A stretch of 64,000 nucleotides of DNA, from the NCBI GenBank assembly GCA_977017645.1, contig OZ360238.1:5890001-5954000 (forward strand). Reading direction: 5' to 3'. This DNA is from Torpedo marmorata. Taxonomy: Eukaryota. Shown here in pieces: positions 37,335-49,249 of this stretch. Numbering within the stretch: the stretch's first letter is position 1; every line of letters starts with the position of its first letter. The notes beneath the pieces were generated by a model. It was not told where the DNA came from, did no database searches, and was given only the letters and a program-made list of their open reading frames with translations. A program made the translations under genes and the position numbers.

Positions 37335-37710
37335 CAGTGGTTTTCAAACTGCCCCCTTACCCTCACATTCCACCTTAAGCAATCCCTATGCCATAAGTGC
37401 TCTGTGATTAGTAAGGGATTGCTTAAGGTGGTATGTGAGTGGGAAGGGAAGGTTGAGAACCACTGCTCTAGACCCAATTGTTACTGAATTATTTTGCTTG
37501 AGAAAAATTGTCATTGGCCCATTTCCTTTGGAGTTATGAAACCGTGCACATAACGAGTCAATTAGGTACGATTAAAACAGTGGTTTTCAAACCTTTTTCT
37601 TCCCACTCACATACTACCTTAAGCAATCCCTTACTAATCACAGAACACTTATGGCATCAGGATTGCTTAAGGCAGAATGTGAGTTTAGGGGGGCAGTTTG
37701 TAAACCACTG
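37335..37710. mobile_element. Composite hAT (Charlie-like) MITE, 376 bp
   Basis: Outer TIRs CAGTGGTTTTCAAACTGCCCCC and GGGGGCAGTTTGTAAACCACTG. 8-bp TSD ATATAGAG at 37327-37334 and 37711-37718. Inner TIR-like ends at 37465 and 37578. Confidence 0.9.
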
Positions 37711-37719
37711 ATATAGAGC

Positions 37720-38243
37720 ATAGAACATCACAATATATGATGTTGTGCTGACCAATGGAAACCCACTCCACACCAATCTAACCTTTCCCCACCTCACACC
37801 CATAACCCTCTATTTTTCCTACATCCATGTGCCTATCTAAGAATTTTTTGAATGTCCCTATCATACCAGCCTCCACCACTACCTCCGGCAATCCATTCCA
37901 GGCACCCACCACTCTCTGTGTAAAAAACTTACCTCTGACGTCTCCTCAACTTTCCTCCACTCAACTTAAACAGATCTCCTCTGGTATTTCTTATTGTTGC
38001 CACAGGAAAAAGGTGCTGGCTGTCCACCTTATCTAAGCCCCTCATAATCTTATACACCTCTATTAAGTCATCTCTCATCCTTCATCGCTCCAAACAGAAA
38101 AGCCCTAGCTCTGTCAACCTTGCTTCATAAGACACGTTCTCCAATCCAGTTAAGATCCTGATAAATCTCCTCTGCATCACCCTCTCTAAAGCTTTGACAT
38201 CCTTCCTGTATTGAGGCAACCAGAACTGAACACAACACTCCAA
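37720..38243 (-). mobile_element. CR1 3' fragment
   Basis: CVQFW.PQYRKDV.ALER motif and CR1 tail on the minus strand. Confidence 0.75.
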
Positions 38244-39090
38244 GGAGTAAAATGCGAAAGTCTGCAGACGCCGTGATTGAAGTAAAAACAAAATGCTGGG
38301 GAAACTCAGCAAGTCAAACAGTGTCCTTTATGTAGCAAAGATAAAGATACATAACCAACGTTTCGGACCTGAGCCCTTCATCAAGGCATAAGCAAAATGT
38401 AGGCAGGCTCCTGAATAAAAAGGTGTGGGTGAACAGGGGGAGGTACACAGTCCCACAGGCAGGAGGTAATAGGTGGATAAGGGAGGGAGGACACTACAGC
38501 AAACAGGGGGAGGGGGGATAGATCTGTGAATGGAGAGGGAAGGGGGTGGAGAACTGGAGGAAAGAAGGGAAAGGGAAGAGAGGGAGAACAGGGAGTGGTC
38601 TAGCAGAAATGGGAGAAGTCGATGTTAATGCCATCCAGTTGGATGCCCAGATGGAAAATTAGGTGCTGCTCCTCCTTGATTTGGCAGTGCTTGAGACCAT
38701 GGACAGACATGTCGGCGCGGGACTGGGGCGCAAATTCAAATAGTTGGCCACTGGGAGATCCCCGTCACTGATGCGGACAGAGTGAAGGTGCTCAGCGAAA
38801 CGATATCCCAGTCTGTGTCCCGTCTCTCCGATGTAGAGAAGGCCACAACGGGAGCACCGGATGCAGGAGATGACACCTGCAGATTCACAAGTGAAATGTT
38901 GCTTCACTTGGAAGGACTGTTTAGGGCCCCGAATGGTGGTGAGGGGGAAGGTGTGGGCGCAGGTGTGGCACGTTCTGTGGTCACAGGGGAAGGTGCCAAG
39001 GGGGCGATTAGTGGGAAGGGATGAGTGGATGAGAGAGTCACGGAGGGAGCGGTCCTTACGGAAGGTGGAGAGGGGAGGAAAGGGGAAGGT
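38244..39090 (-). mobile_element. Penelope-like element 3' fragment (GIY-YIG endonuclease remnant and terminal repeat with hammerhead-like motif)
   Basis: ORF 38659..38907: FTCESAGVISCIRCSRCGLLYIGETGHRLGYRFAEH...PVAN. Minus-strand TTGATGA-AGGGCTCAGGTCC-GAAACGTT at ~38357-38384. Confidence 0.85.
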
Positions 39091-39254
39091 GTTGGAGAGT
39101 GCCCAAACGGAATATTAGTTGTTGCTGCTCCAATGCTCCATGAGTTTTACAGAGGTGCAGCAAGCAGGTGTCTTCTTTTCAGTGCACTGAATTGTGAATC
39201 TGTGCAGAGGGTGGGGAACTGATTGTCCCTTGGTTACACAGACAGGACGAGACC

Positions 39255-42200
39255 GAGACCTATTGGAATTTTTTGAGGTAATCTCAAGTAGGATGGACAA
39301 GGGAGAGGCTGTGGATGTTGTGTATTTGGATTTTCAAAAGGCCTTTGATAAGGTGCCGCATAAGAGGCTGCTTAATAAGATGAGAGACCATGGAATTACA
39401 GGAAAGATATTAGATTGGGTGGAGCATTGGCTGATAGGCAGGAAGCAAAGGGTGGGAATAAAGGGATCCTGTTCTGGTTGGTTGCTGGTTACTAGTGGTG
39501 TTCTGCAAGGGTCGGTGTAGGGGCCGCTTCTTTTTTACAATGTATATTGATGATTTAGATTATGGGTTGAATGGTTTTGTTGCTAAGTTTGCAGATGACA
39601 CCAAGATAGGTGGTGGAGTAATAAGTGTTGAAGAAACCAAAAGGTTGCAGAGAGACTGGGACAGCTTAGGAGAGTGGGCAAAGAAATGGAAGATGAGATA
39701 CAATGTTGAGAAATGTACGGTTGTACATTTTGGAAGAGGAAATATCCTATTTGGATGGGGAGAAAATTCAAAATTCGGAAGTGCAAAGGGACTTGGGGGT
39801 CCTCGTACAGGATAACCTAAAGGTTAACCACCAGGTTGGATCGGCAGTAAAGAAAGCAAATGCTATGTTGGCATTCATTTCAAGAGGTATACTGTATAAG
39901 AGTAAAGAGGTGTTGATGAGGCTCTATGGGGCACTGGTGAGACCTCATTTGGACTACTGTGTGCAGTTTTGGGCCCCTTATCTTAGAAGGGATGTAATGA
40001 TGTTGGAGAGAGTACATAGAAGATTTACCAGGATGATTCCTGGAATGCAAGGGCTAACATATGAGGAAGGTTTAGCGGCTCTTGGACTGTATTCATTGGA
40101 GTAAAGAAGAATGAGAGGGGATCTCATAGAAACATTTCGAATGCTGAAAGGATTGGACAGAGTAGATGTGAATAAGATGTTTCCCTTGGTGGGTGAATCC
40201 AGGACAAGAGAGCAGGACAAGTGACCCTAGCTATCACAAGAGCCAAGCTGTCTAAGACGATCAGGGAGGCAAAGCGTGCACAGGCCCAGCGAATTCAGAG
40301 TCACTTTCAGGACAGCAAGGACACGCGACGCATGTGGAAGGGCATTCAAGATATCACTGGCCACAAGACTACAGCATCTGACTGTGCTGGTGATGCCTCC
40401 CTTCCAGATGCACTGAACAACTTCTACGCGTGTTTTGAGGCAAAAAATGATGTAGTAGCAAAGAAGAAAACCCCTCCTCCAAATGAACAGGTGCTGTGTT
40501 TCACAGTGGCCGATTTGAGGAGAGCGTTAGGCGGGGTTAACCCGCGGAAAGCTGCTGGGCCAGATAACATTCCCCGCAGAGTGCTCAGGGGATGTACGGC
40601 CCAGCTGGCTGATGTTCTCACCGACATCTTTAACATCTCCCTGACCAGTGCCGTGGTACCAACGTGCTTCAAAGCCGCTACCATCATCCCCGTGCCGAAC
40701 CGCCCTGTCGCACTCACATCCACCGTCATGAAGTGCTTCGAGAGGCTCGTCATGAGGCACATCAAGCTTCTGCTGCCCCCCTCACTGGACTCCCTGCAGT
40801 TCGCATATAGATCAAACCGCTCCACAGATGATGCCATCATTACCACCCTCCACCTAGCCCTCACCCACCTGGAAAATAAGGACGCGTATGTTCGAATGCT
40901 GTTTATTGACTTCAGCTCGGCATTCAACACAATCATACCTCAGTACCTGATAGGGAAGTTGAGGGGGCTGGGCCTAAACTACACCCTCTGTAATTGGATC
41001 CTAGACTTCCTGACGGGAAGACCTCAGGCAGTCCGGATTGGAAACAGCACTTCCAAGGTCATTACATTGAGCACGGGGGCTCCCCAGGGCTGTGTGCTTA
41101 GTCCATTGCTGTTCACCCTGCTGACTCATGACTGTGCAGCAAAACACAGCTCGAATCACATCATAAAGTTCGCTGATGATACGACCGTGGTGGGCCTTAT
41201 CAGTAAGAACGATGAGTCAGCATACAGAGAAGAGGTGCAGTCGCTAATGGAATGGTGCTGAGCCAACAACCTGCATCTGAATGTAAACAAAACGAAATAG
41301 TTGGTTGTCGACTTCAGAAGGGCCCGGGGAGATCATTCTCCTTTGACCATGGACGGCTCTACCGTTGAGGTCGTAAAGAGTACCAAGTTTCTTGGAGTGC
41401 ACTTGGCGGAGAGTCTCAGCTGGTCCCTCAACACCAGTTCCATAGTCAAGAAAGCCCAGCAGCGTCTTTACTTCCTGCGAAGACTGAGGAAAGTTCATCT
41501 CCCACCCCCAATCCTTACTACATTCTACAGGGGATGTATTGAGAGTATTCTGAGCAATTGCATCACCGCTTGGTTTGGAAACTGTACCACCTTGGACCGA
41601 AAGACCCTGCAGAGGATAGTGAGGGCAGCGGAGAAAATTATTGGAGTCTCTCTCCCCACCATGACAGACATTTACAACACACGATGCATGAGGAAGGCTA
41701 AAAACATTGTGAAAGACTTATCACACCCCTTTGCCATCTGGAAGGAGGTACCAAAGCACTCGGGCTCGCACGTCCAGACTGTGCAACAGTTTTTTCCCCC
41801 AAGCCATCAGACTCTTCAATTCCTAGATACATATGTGTATTAGCATGTTATAGTTTTTCTATTGTATTATGATATTTATGTACATCTGCCCATGGTCCTG
41901 GAGAAACGCTATCTCGTCTTACTGTGTATATGGTAATGAACGACAAATAAAGGTGACTTGACTTGACTTGACTGTCTTAGAATTAGAAGGTACCCATTTA
42001 GAACCGAGATGAGGAGGAATTTCTTTAGCCAGAGGGTTGTGGATTTGTGGAATTCGTTGCCACATACAGCTGTGGAGGCCCGATCATTGGGGGATTTTAA
42101 GAAGGAGATTGATAGGTATCTAATTAGTCAGGGTATCAAGGGATATGGGGAAAAAGCCAGAAATTGGAATTAGATGTGAGAACAGTTTAGCTTAGGGTGG

Positions 42201-42265
42201 AGTTGCGGAGCAGACTCGATGGGCTGAATGGCCTACTTCTGTTCCTTTATCTTGTGATCTTGTGA
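39255..42265 (+). mobile_element. Degraded CR1 LINE interrupted by a Rex1/Babar element
   Basis: ORFs 39194..39520, 39495..39815 and 39703..40104 (YLDFQKAFDKV, FADD). CR1 resumes at ~41974 through its tail. Confidence 0.85.
40212..41973 (+). mobile_element. Rex1/Babar-type LINE, 5'-truncated, with premature stops
   Basis: ORFs 40221..41261 ([31 protein letters not shown]) and 41301..41843. AATAAA followed by a (GACTT)n tail. Confidence 0.9.
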
Positions 42266-42849
42266 GAGCTGGCAGGGGACAGACAGTGTGCTGTTTAAAG
42301 AGATAGCACAGGCTGGGGCTGAATGGCCTTCTCTTGCAGGTGGGCAGAGCTTGTTCTGCAGCCGGTGCGGAACCTGGGAGGTGGACAGAGCTGTGGGAAG
42401 GCAATGGACGGAGCGTGGCTGGTCCTACAGGTGAAGGGAAGTCTGCACTGCCACAGCAGTCAAAGCTAGCATCTCTGGTGAGGCTGCAAATCCCCTTTGG
42501 GTCCCAGGACAAGGAGCTGCCCATGCGTGTGGGGAAGGACCTGGGAGGATGCCAGCCAGATTGTGATGGAGAGGTGAGGGAGGTTCATTCCGGGGGTGAA
42601 GGAGCCAGCCCCCTCCCTCACACAATGCTGGCCCCCATGTGGTGTTGGTGTGATCAGAGCATCTCCCCCACCCTAGCCTGCCCTCTCCTCATTCCCGCCG
42701 CAGCCACAAGTACGGTTCAAATTCCTTCCCAGTAAGACCCTTCGGCCAAGGCTCAGCCTGAGCAGCACGCAAATGGAGAAGGGAATAGAAACGTCTCTGG
42801 CCTCCTGCTGAGATATCACTCTGACTGGTGAGCGCAACCTCAACTTTAC

Positions 42850-42901
42850 CTTACTGTGGGAGCCTCGCCTCCCCTCCGCACCACGCTCAGGAGACACAGG
42901 C
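42850..42901 (-). CDS. slc38a8: SLC38A8-like, 52-bp coding exon
   Basis: Acceptor ctctctctccacAG, donor AAG|GTAAAG. Encodes (G)LCLLSVVRRGGEAPTV(R). Phases fit both neighbouring exons. Confidence 0.82.
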
Positions 42902-43059
42902 CTGTGGAGAGAGAGGGTGTCAGCAACGGTGGCCTATCACTGGCCCGAGGGACAGGGGGGCAAGGGGGGTGGGTGATCCCACCCGATCGCAGTTCATGGA
43001 CACAATGGGAGCCGTGGAGGCAAACTGGCTGGGTGTGGCAGGACGGCCTCAGGGCTCAG

Positions 43060-45162
43060 AGGGAGGAGGAAGGGAAGGGGAGGAATGGAGCAGGTGGGGA
43101 GTCGTGGTGGGGGGAGGGGGAGTAGGGAAGGGAGGGGAAAGGGTGTAGGAGAGAGATGCGTAGAGGAGGGGATAACAAGGGGGACGGGGAGAGAAGAGGC
43201 AGTGGGGAGAGGGAGGGACGGTCGTTGGGGAGGGGAGGGGAAGGGAAGGGTCAGTGGAGATGCTGGAACAGGAAAGCAGGGATTGGAGGGGATGGAGGAT
43301 AGACGAGGGGATAGGGAGGGAACGGTGGGTGGGAGGGGAGGATGGGGAAAAGACAGAAGGTATGATTATCGGGAGCGGGGTCAGAGGGGACAGTTGTCAG
43401 GGAGGGGAGGACGGGAGGGGGAATGGTTGGTCATCAGGGGCAGAGTCAGAGGGGGGCGGTCGTTGGGGAAGTGATGGGGAGGGGAGGGGTTGGAGGGGAC
43501 GGTCATCAGGGGAGGGGTGAGAAGGGAGGGGAGGAGTTGGAGGGGCTGATTGTCGGGGAGGGGAGGAGAGATGGATGGGGAGTGGACGATCATTGTGGGA
43601 GGGGGAGAATGGTGGAGGGATGGATGGGGAGGGGACAGTCATCGTGGGAGGGGGGATAGTGAAGGATGGGGAGGGGATAGACATCGTGGGAGGGGGGGAT
43701 AGTGAAGGATGCGGAGGGAATGGTCATCGGGGGAGGGGGGATAGTGAAGGATGGGGAGGGAATGGTCATCGGGGGAGGGGGGATAGTGAAGGATGGGGAG
43801 GGGATGGTCATCAGGGTAGGGGGAGAGACGAGGAGATGATCTTTCCCTCTGCCTGCTCATCTCCTCCCGTGCCAGGATGTGCAGGTGGGGCACTGCAGAC
43901 ATGGTGTGGTACAGGAGCACTGTGAGGGGCCGAGCAGCCTCTGCTGCTGCTATCGCCATGCCCTATCAGACGGAGCTCAGCAGAAGGGGTCGGGGCAGGG
44001 GGAGGGTGGGGATATTGAACCCTCGGTCCGAGGACCTCCGAGGGGAGACAAGGATGAAGGACTGCGGCCGCATTGTGGACCCACAGTCGCTGCTTGGCCC
44101 TCGGAGGTCCCACAGCTCTGGCTTCTCATGTCTGCAGTCTCCTGTGTCCTCCCCAGATAGGGGGAGGGATGGGTGGGATGGTGATACCCCCTGATGTGAG
44201 GAGGGTGGGAGAAGCGGGACGTGCCCCCCCGCCCGGATGTGGGGAGGGTAGCAGAGGTATGGGTGGGTTGGGGATTCCCTCCCGGATGTGCGAAGGGTGC
44301 GGTAACAGGGCATAGGAATCCTCCCTGGATGGAGGGAGGGAGGGTAAGTGGGGGCATAGGAATCCCCCCAGGATGGAGAGAGGGGAGGGTAAGTGGGGGA
44401 TAGGAATCCCCCCAGGATGGAGGGAGGGGAGGATAAGTGGGGGATAGGAATCCCCCCCAGGATAGAGGGAGGGAGGGTAAGCAGGGGATAGGGATTTCCC
44501 CCCAGGATGGAGGGGGGAGGGTAAGTGGGGCATTGGACAGGGGGTGTTCCATCAGGATGGTTGCCCCGGGCGTGAAGGAGTCCCTCTCACCCCTGCCCCG
44601 TGCCCACGTCCCACCTGGGAAGAGGAAGATGAAGAAGGCGCTGATTCCCCCGATGAGGTGGATGACGTCGGAGATGTCCGGGACAACGAGGGCCGCCCCC
44701 AAGCTCAGCCCGAGCCAGCCGTAGGTCACCAGCATCCTCAGCCTCCCCATGGCAGCTGCTATGGGCACTGAGTGGCCAGTCCCACAATTCACACACAGCT
44801 CCAGGACCACGGACCTGGGCAAGGGGACGGGGGATGGGGAGAGGGAGAGGGAGAGAGGGAGAGAGAGAGAGAGAAGGGGAGAGGGAGGCAGAAAGAGAGG
44901 GGGAGAGGGAGAGAGGGAGGAGAGGGGGAAAGAGGGGAGGGTGAAGGAAAGGGAAGGAGAAGGGGAGAGGGGGAGAGGTAGGGAGAGAGAGGGGAAAAGT
45001 GGTAGAGAGAGGGGGAGAGAGATGGTAGGGGGAAAGGCAGAGAGAGGGAGAGAGAGAGAGGGTGAGAGAAAGGTGGCAAGGGAGGAAGAGAGGGAGGCAG
45101 TGGGAGGGAAAGAGAGATGGGGAGAGGGAGAGAAGAGAGTGAGAGGAAGGAGAAAGAGAGAG

Positions 45163-45203
<41 letters not shown>

Positions 45204-45212
45204 GAGAGAGGG
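43060..45212. repeat. Purine/G-rich low-complexity tracts, short minisatellites and (AG)n flanking an exon
   Basis: GGGGGATAGTGAAGGATGGGGAGGG repeats (~43650-43810), GGATGGAGGGAGGG...GGAATCCCCCC repeats (~44310-44530), near-pure polypurine at 44820-45212. Confidence 0.8.
44615..44814 (-). CDS. slc38a8: SLC38A8-like, 200-bp coding exon
   Basis: Acceptor ccccttgcccAG, donor CAG|GTGGGA. Encodes (R)SVVLELCV...RMLVTYGWLGLSLGAALVVPDISDVIHLIGGISAFFIFLFP(G), a typical SLC38A7/8 PD.S..I..IGG.SAFFIF.FPG segment. Confidence 0.92.
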
Positions 45213-45659
45213 GTCACTCTCTGCAATGAGCTGTCCCAGGACTGTATCCCTTCCCACAAACCTCCAGGACCACTGAATGGTACTAGTTCCTGACCAATGC
45301 TTCCCCCATCAGCTGCGCTGCTCCGAGATGGTGATCGATAGAGGGTTAGGCTCGGTGACGCAGTGCCAGGGGTGACTGACACGACTAGGATGGAGGATGC
45401 ATTGGTTTCAGCCCCCACCCTGCTCTGCAGTCTTGGCTCTGTAACTTCAGACCAGGGTGCCCCAGCTAGTCAGCTCAGCTCCGGCCCTCACCTCCAACAA
45501 AGGAGGGAGTGTACCTCTTGCCCCCGAGGTGTAGGGTCCGATCTGGGGTGACTCTGCGTCGAGCTGACTGTGACAGCTCAGTCCGCAACCTTGCCCAGGG
45601 AATCAGTACGGACTGACCACAACGTTAGCCCACTCAGCACCGCACCCACCCTGCTCCTT

Positions 45660-46810
45660 GAGTCATCCATTCATACAGCACAAAACAGGCCCTTTGGCCC
45701 ATCTCCTCTTGCTGTCCATGATGTCTATCTACACCTACCTCTACACTTCCCTCTATGCCTTTCCAATCCTGTCCAGCCCTTTAAACACTGGAACTGTGCC
45801 CACCTCCACTATCTCCCCAGCAGCTCGATCCAGACACCCACTCTGTGTGTAAACGTACCCTTTCAGTCCCCTCCATCCTCACCCTGCTCCCCCCCCCTTG
45901 TTCCAGACCCTCTTACCCTGGGGGAAATACTGACTATTTCATGGAGTCAGTCAGAGTGGAAACAGGCCCTTCGGCCCAACTTGCTCATGCCGACCAAAAT
46001 GTCCCACCCACATTAGTCCCATCTGCCTGTATTTGGTCCATATCCCTCTAAACCCGACCTATTCATGTACAGTATCCATCCAATTCTTCCTTAAACATTG
46101 CCTCAACCACCTCCTCTTGCAGCCGTTGCATACATCTACCACCCTCTCTGTAAAAAAAGTTATCCCTCAGGTTCCTGTTAAATCTCTCCTACCTTAATTT
46201 AAATCTATGTCCTCTGGTTACTGATTTCCCTGCTCTGGGCAAAGGACTCTCTGCGTTTACCCAATCTTTTTATTTTTATTTTTTTACACCTCTGTGAGAT
46301 CACCCCTCATCCTCCTGCGCTCCGAGGAATAAAGCCCCAGCCTGCTCAATCTCTCCCTCCAGCTCAGGTCCCCGAGTCCTGGCAACATCCTCGTCAATCT
46401 TCTCTGCACCTTCTCCAGCTCGACAACATCAGCACTGTGACCAAAACTGGACACAAGACTCCAAATGGGGCCTCACCAACATCTTATACAACTGAAAAAT
46501 AACCTCCCAACTTCTATACTCAACGCTCTGACTGAAGGATAATGTGCCAATAGCTTTTTTTGATGGCCCATATATTTATTCCATCTATGTCCCTCGTAAT
46601 TTTATGAACCTTTCTAAAGTCACCCCTCAGTCTCCTATGTTCCAGTGAGAATAAATGCAGCCTACCCAATCTCACCTTATACCTACAGTCCTCCAATCCA
46701 AGCAATGTCCAGGTGAGTGTCTTCTGCACTCTCTCTTTCGCTGCTATACCTCTCCTGTAGTGCGGTGACCAGACTATGCACAGAAATCGAAGGACAGTCT
46801 AATCAATGTG
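45660..46810 (-). mobile_element. Stacked degraded CR1 3' fragments
   Basis: Repeated CR1 tail and C-terminal remnants on the minus strand. Confidence 0.65.
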
Positions 46811-47070
46811 TTGTACTGCTTCAAAGGTTGATCTTTCCCAAAGTAGAGGTGCAAGGATAAGTGAGGGGGGAGTTTCGTGTTTGGGGGTCCATTAAACTCA
46901 CTGTGGACAGAGTTCCCAGTGGAGCTCACCCATGGTGGTGGGGTGAGAGGACGAGAGGCAGAGCGGGTAGTTTGGCACTGCCTGCTCCTTCCTCACTCTC
47001 TCCTCCCCCACCTGCCCGACACCCATTGTGAGAGATGTGGATGGTTTGTGATTATAACAACTCTGCTTAC

Positions 47071-47218
47071 CGTCCCAAGTGCAGGATTATGGGATAGATA
47101 GTGACGATGGACACAGCAAAAAGCAGTCTCCCGATGATGATGAGCATCTCGTTATCCGGGTATGACATCAGGATATCTGCTGCCACATCTACGCCAAACG
47201 TCCAGTATCCGTATACCC
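47071..47218 (-). CDS. slc38a8: SLC38A8-like, 148-bp coding exon
   Basis: Acceptor tctgtgtttcAG, donor ACG|GTAAGC. Encodes (G)[48 protein letters not shown](R). This frame is absent from the ORF track and was translated by hand. Confidence 0.93.
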
Positions 47219-47289
47219 CTGAAACACAGAGTGGCCTTTACATGGAGCCAGACTGGTTCCCTTTGTAATTGCAACACAGGGGCACAACT

Positions 47290-47565
47290 GATCACCACTG
47301 CCGAGACCCGGTTCAATCCCGACCTCGGGCGCTGTCTGTGTGGAGTTTTCACGTTCACCCTGCAACTCCGTGGGCTCCCCCTCCCCACTGGGTGCTCTGG
47401 CCACCTTCCATGTCCCAGAGACATGCGGGTCGGTGGATTAATTAGCTGCTGCGTGTGGGTGAGGGGTAGAATTTTGGGGGGGAAGGCGTGGTGTTGATGG
47501 GAATGTGTGGATAACACAACAGCGCAAATGGGTGCGATGACCGAAGGGCCTGGTACCATGCTGCA
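47290..47565 (+). mobile_element. Diverged V-SINE-like SINE
   Basis: GGTTCAATCCC B box, CTGTCTGTGTGGAGTTT core and GAAGGGCCTG tail. Confidence 0.65.
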
Positions 47566-47799
47566 TCTCTCTCTGGCGCTGTAGAGTGCATGCTCTGGTG
47601 AGGGATGCCAGGATTCATGTCTCCGGAGACTGCTAGCTCTGCCACAAGGCAGCGGGTTAGGTTGGGGTGTGCCTGCAGCAGCTGAGAGCTAGGCCACAGG
47701 CTGGGGTCTGGGTCAGTGGGTGTGGGTGAAGTCCTGCCTGCTCTGGTCAAACACGGAGACTGCGGATGCTGGAGAACTAGAACAGTACACCGAAGTGCT

Positions 47800-48300
47800 G
47801 TCTACTCTCCATGACAAATCAATGGTTCCATCGTGGTAAGAGTGGAGAGCACAAAGTTGCATGGTATCCTGGACCCACAACACCTCCTCATTCGTCAGGA
47901 AGGCACAACAACACCGACAATTCCTAAAGAGGTTGAGAGGGAAAGATTACCGGACAACATTTGACAACATTTTACAGGAGCACAACTGAGAGTGTCCTGT
48001 CCGGCTGCATCATGGTGTGGGATGGTAGCTGCAAAGCATCGGACGAAAGTCAATACAGAGGATTATTAAAATGGCCAAGAAGATCACTGGGGTCTCCCTT
48101 TCCTCTGTGGATGACATTTATCGGGACCATTGCTTAAATCGGGCCCAAAGAATTATTAAGGACCCTTTCCATCCAGCACACAATATCTTTGACCCACTAC
48201 CATCAAAGTCAGGACTGCCAGGCTGAGAAATACTTCCTTCTTGCAGGCCGTGAGATTGATGAACGGTATCCTGTAACCGAGTAAATCATCCCAAAATATT
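47800..48300 (+). mobile_element. Old Rex1/Babar-type 3' fragment
   Basis: Nucleotide similarity to the C-terminal region of 41301..41843 (FYR..ESVLSGCI.VW-like). Confidence 0.6.
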
Positions 48301-48336
48301 TATATCTTTTTTATTTTATATTATGTATATATGTGA

Positions 48337-48455
48337 TGTTATGGACCATGACTGACCATTTGGACTGCGGACGGTCAGCAGGAAGGATGAAGTCTTTTGG
48401 AGTACACACTGGGACCAGGTACTGAAAGAGTTAACTTGCCCAGGACTTGGTGTAC

Positions 48456-48491
<36 letters not shown>

Positions 48492-49200
48492 TGTGGAAAA
48501 GATACATTGTTGCACTTTTGCAAAAGCAGGTGCAGACCTCTGCAAAAAGCAGACAGTTGGGAGTTGCAAAGGCTAGAGAACACAGCCAAATCCAGGCTTG
48601 TGCATCCCAGAGAAAAGACTGGCAGGATAGCACATGGCCTCCTGTCTCAGAGAAATTCTGAGGTAAAGCAACTTCTGTGGAGAACAGGCGTGAGATCAGC
48701 GAGACTAGCTGTGAGATCCAAGCACACGCCTTAATCAGTGGTATACTGATCTGAACTCGCAATCCTTATGAAAACACAAGAAGGGAACGTCATCAGAGAA
48801 GAAAAACAAGTATTTGTAAGCATAAACAGTCATTGTCTCTCTCCAACGTTCATTTCGAAGTACTTCTGCCAGATACAGAGCTGAATTTGAAACCTGAACT
48901 TAGAGAGTGAATTTTGTGGACTGTATTATTCTTTTCTTTGACTGACTTGTTTTTTATGACTAACCTGGGGTTTTTGGGGAAGGTTTTTCCATTTTTACAT
49001 AAGGGTTGGGCACAGACTGTAATGGTCTGGGCTTTACACACACACACACACACCTTTTAGATAAGAATAGTGTTTATAGACTTTTATAGTGGGGTTAATT
49101 GTTGTGAAATTATATCTTTAATTGTGTTTAATAAATATAAATTTCAATTTTACCCCTTTTGCATTGCGTCTTCTGTCATTGCTGGTTTGATTTTGTAACA
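48337..49200 (+). mobile_element. Solo LTR (864 bp)
   Basis: Inverted termini TGTTA...TAACA. 4-bp TSD GTGA at 48333-48336 and 49201-49204. AATAAA at 49130-49135. Internal (AG)n and (CA)n. Confidence 0.75.
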
Positions 49201-49206
49201 GTGATT

Positions 49207-49249
<43 letters not shown>

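Noticed and set aside
43977-45257. 426-aa ORF as a gene
   Set aside because: Only 44615-44814 is exon-like, with splice sites and transporter homology. The rest is stop-poor low-complexity sequence.
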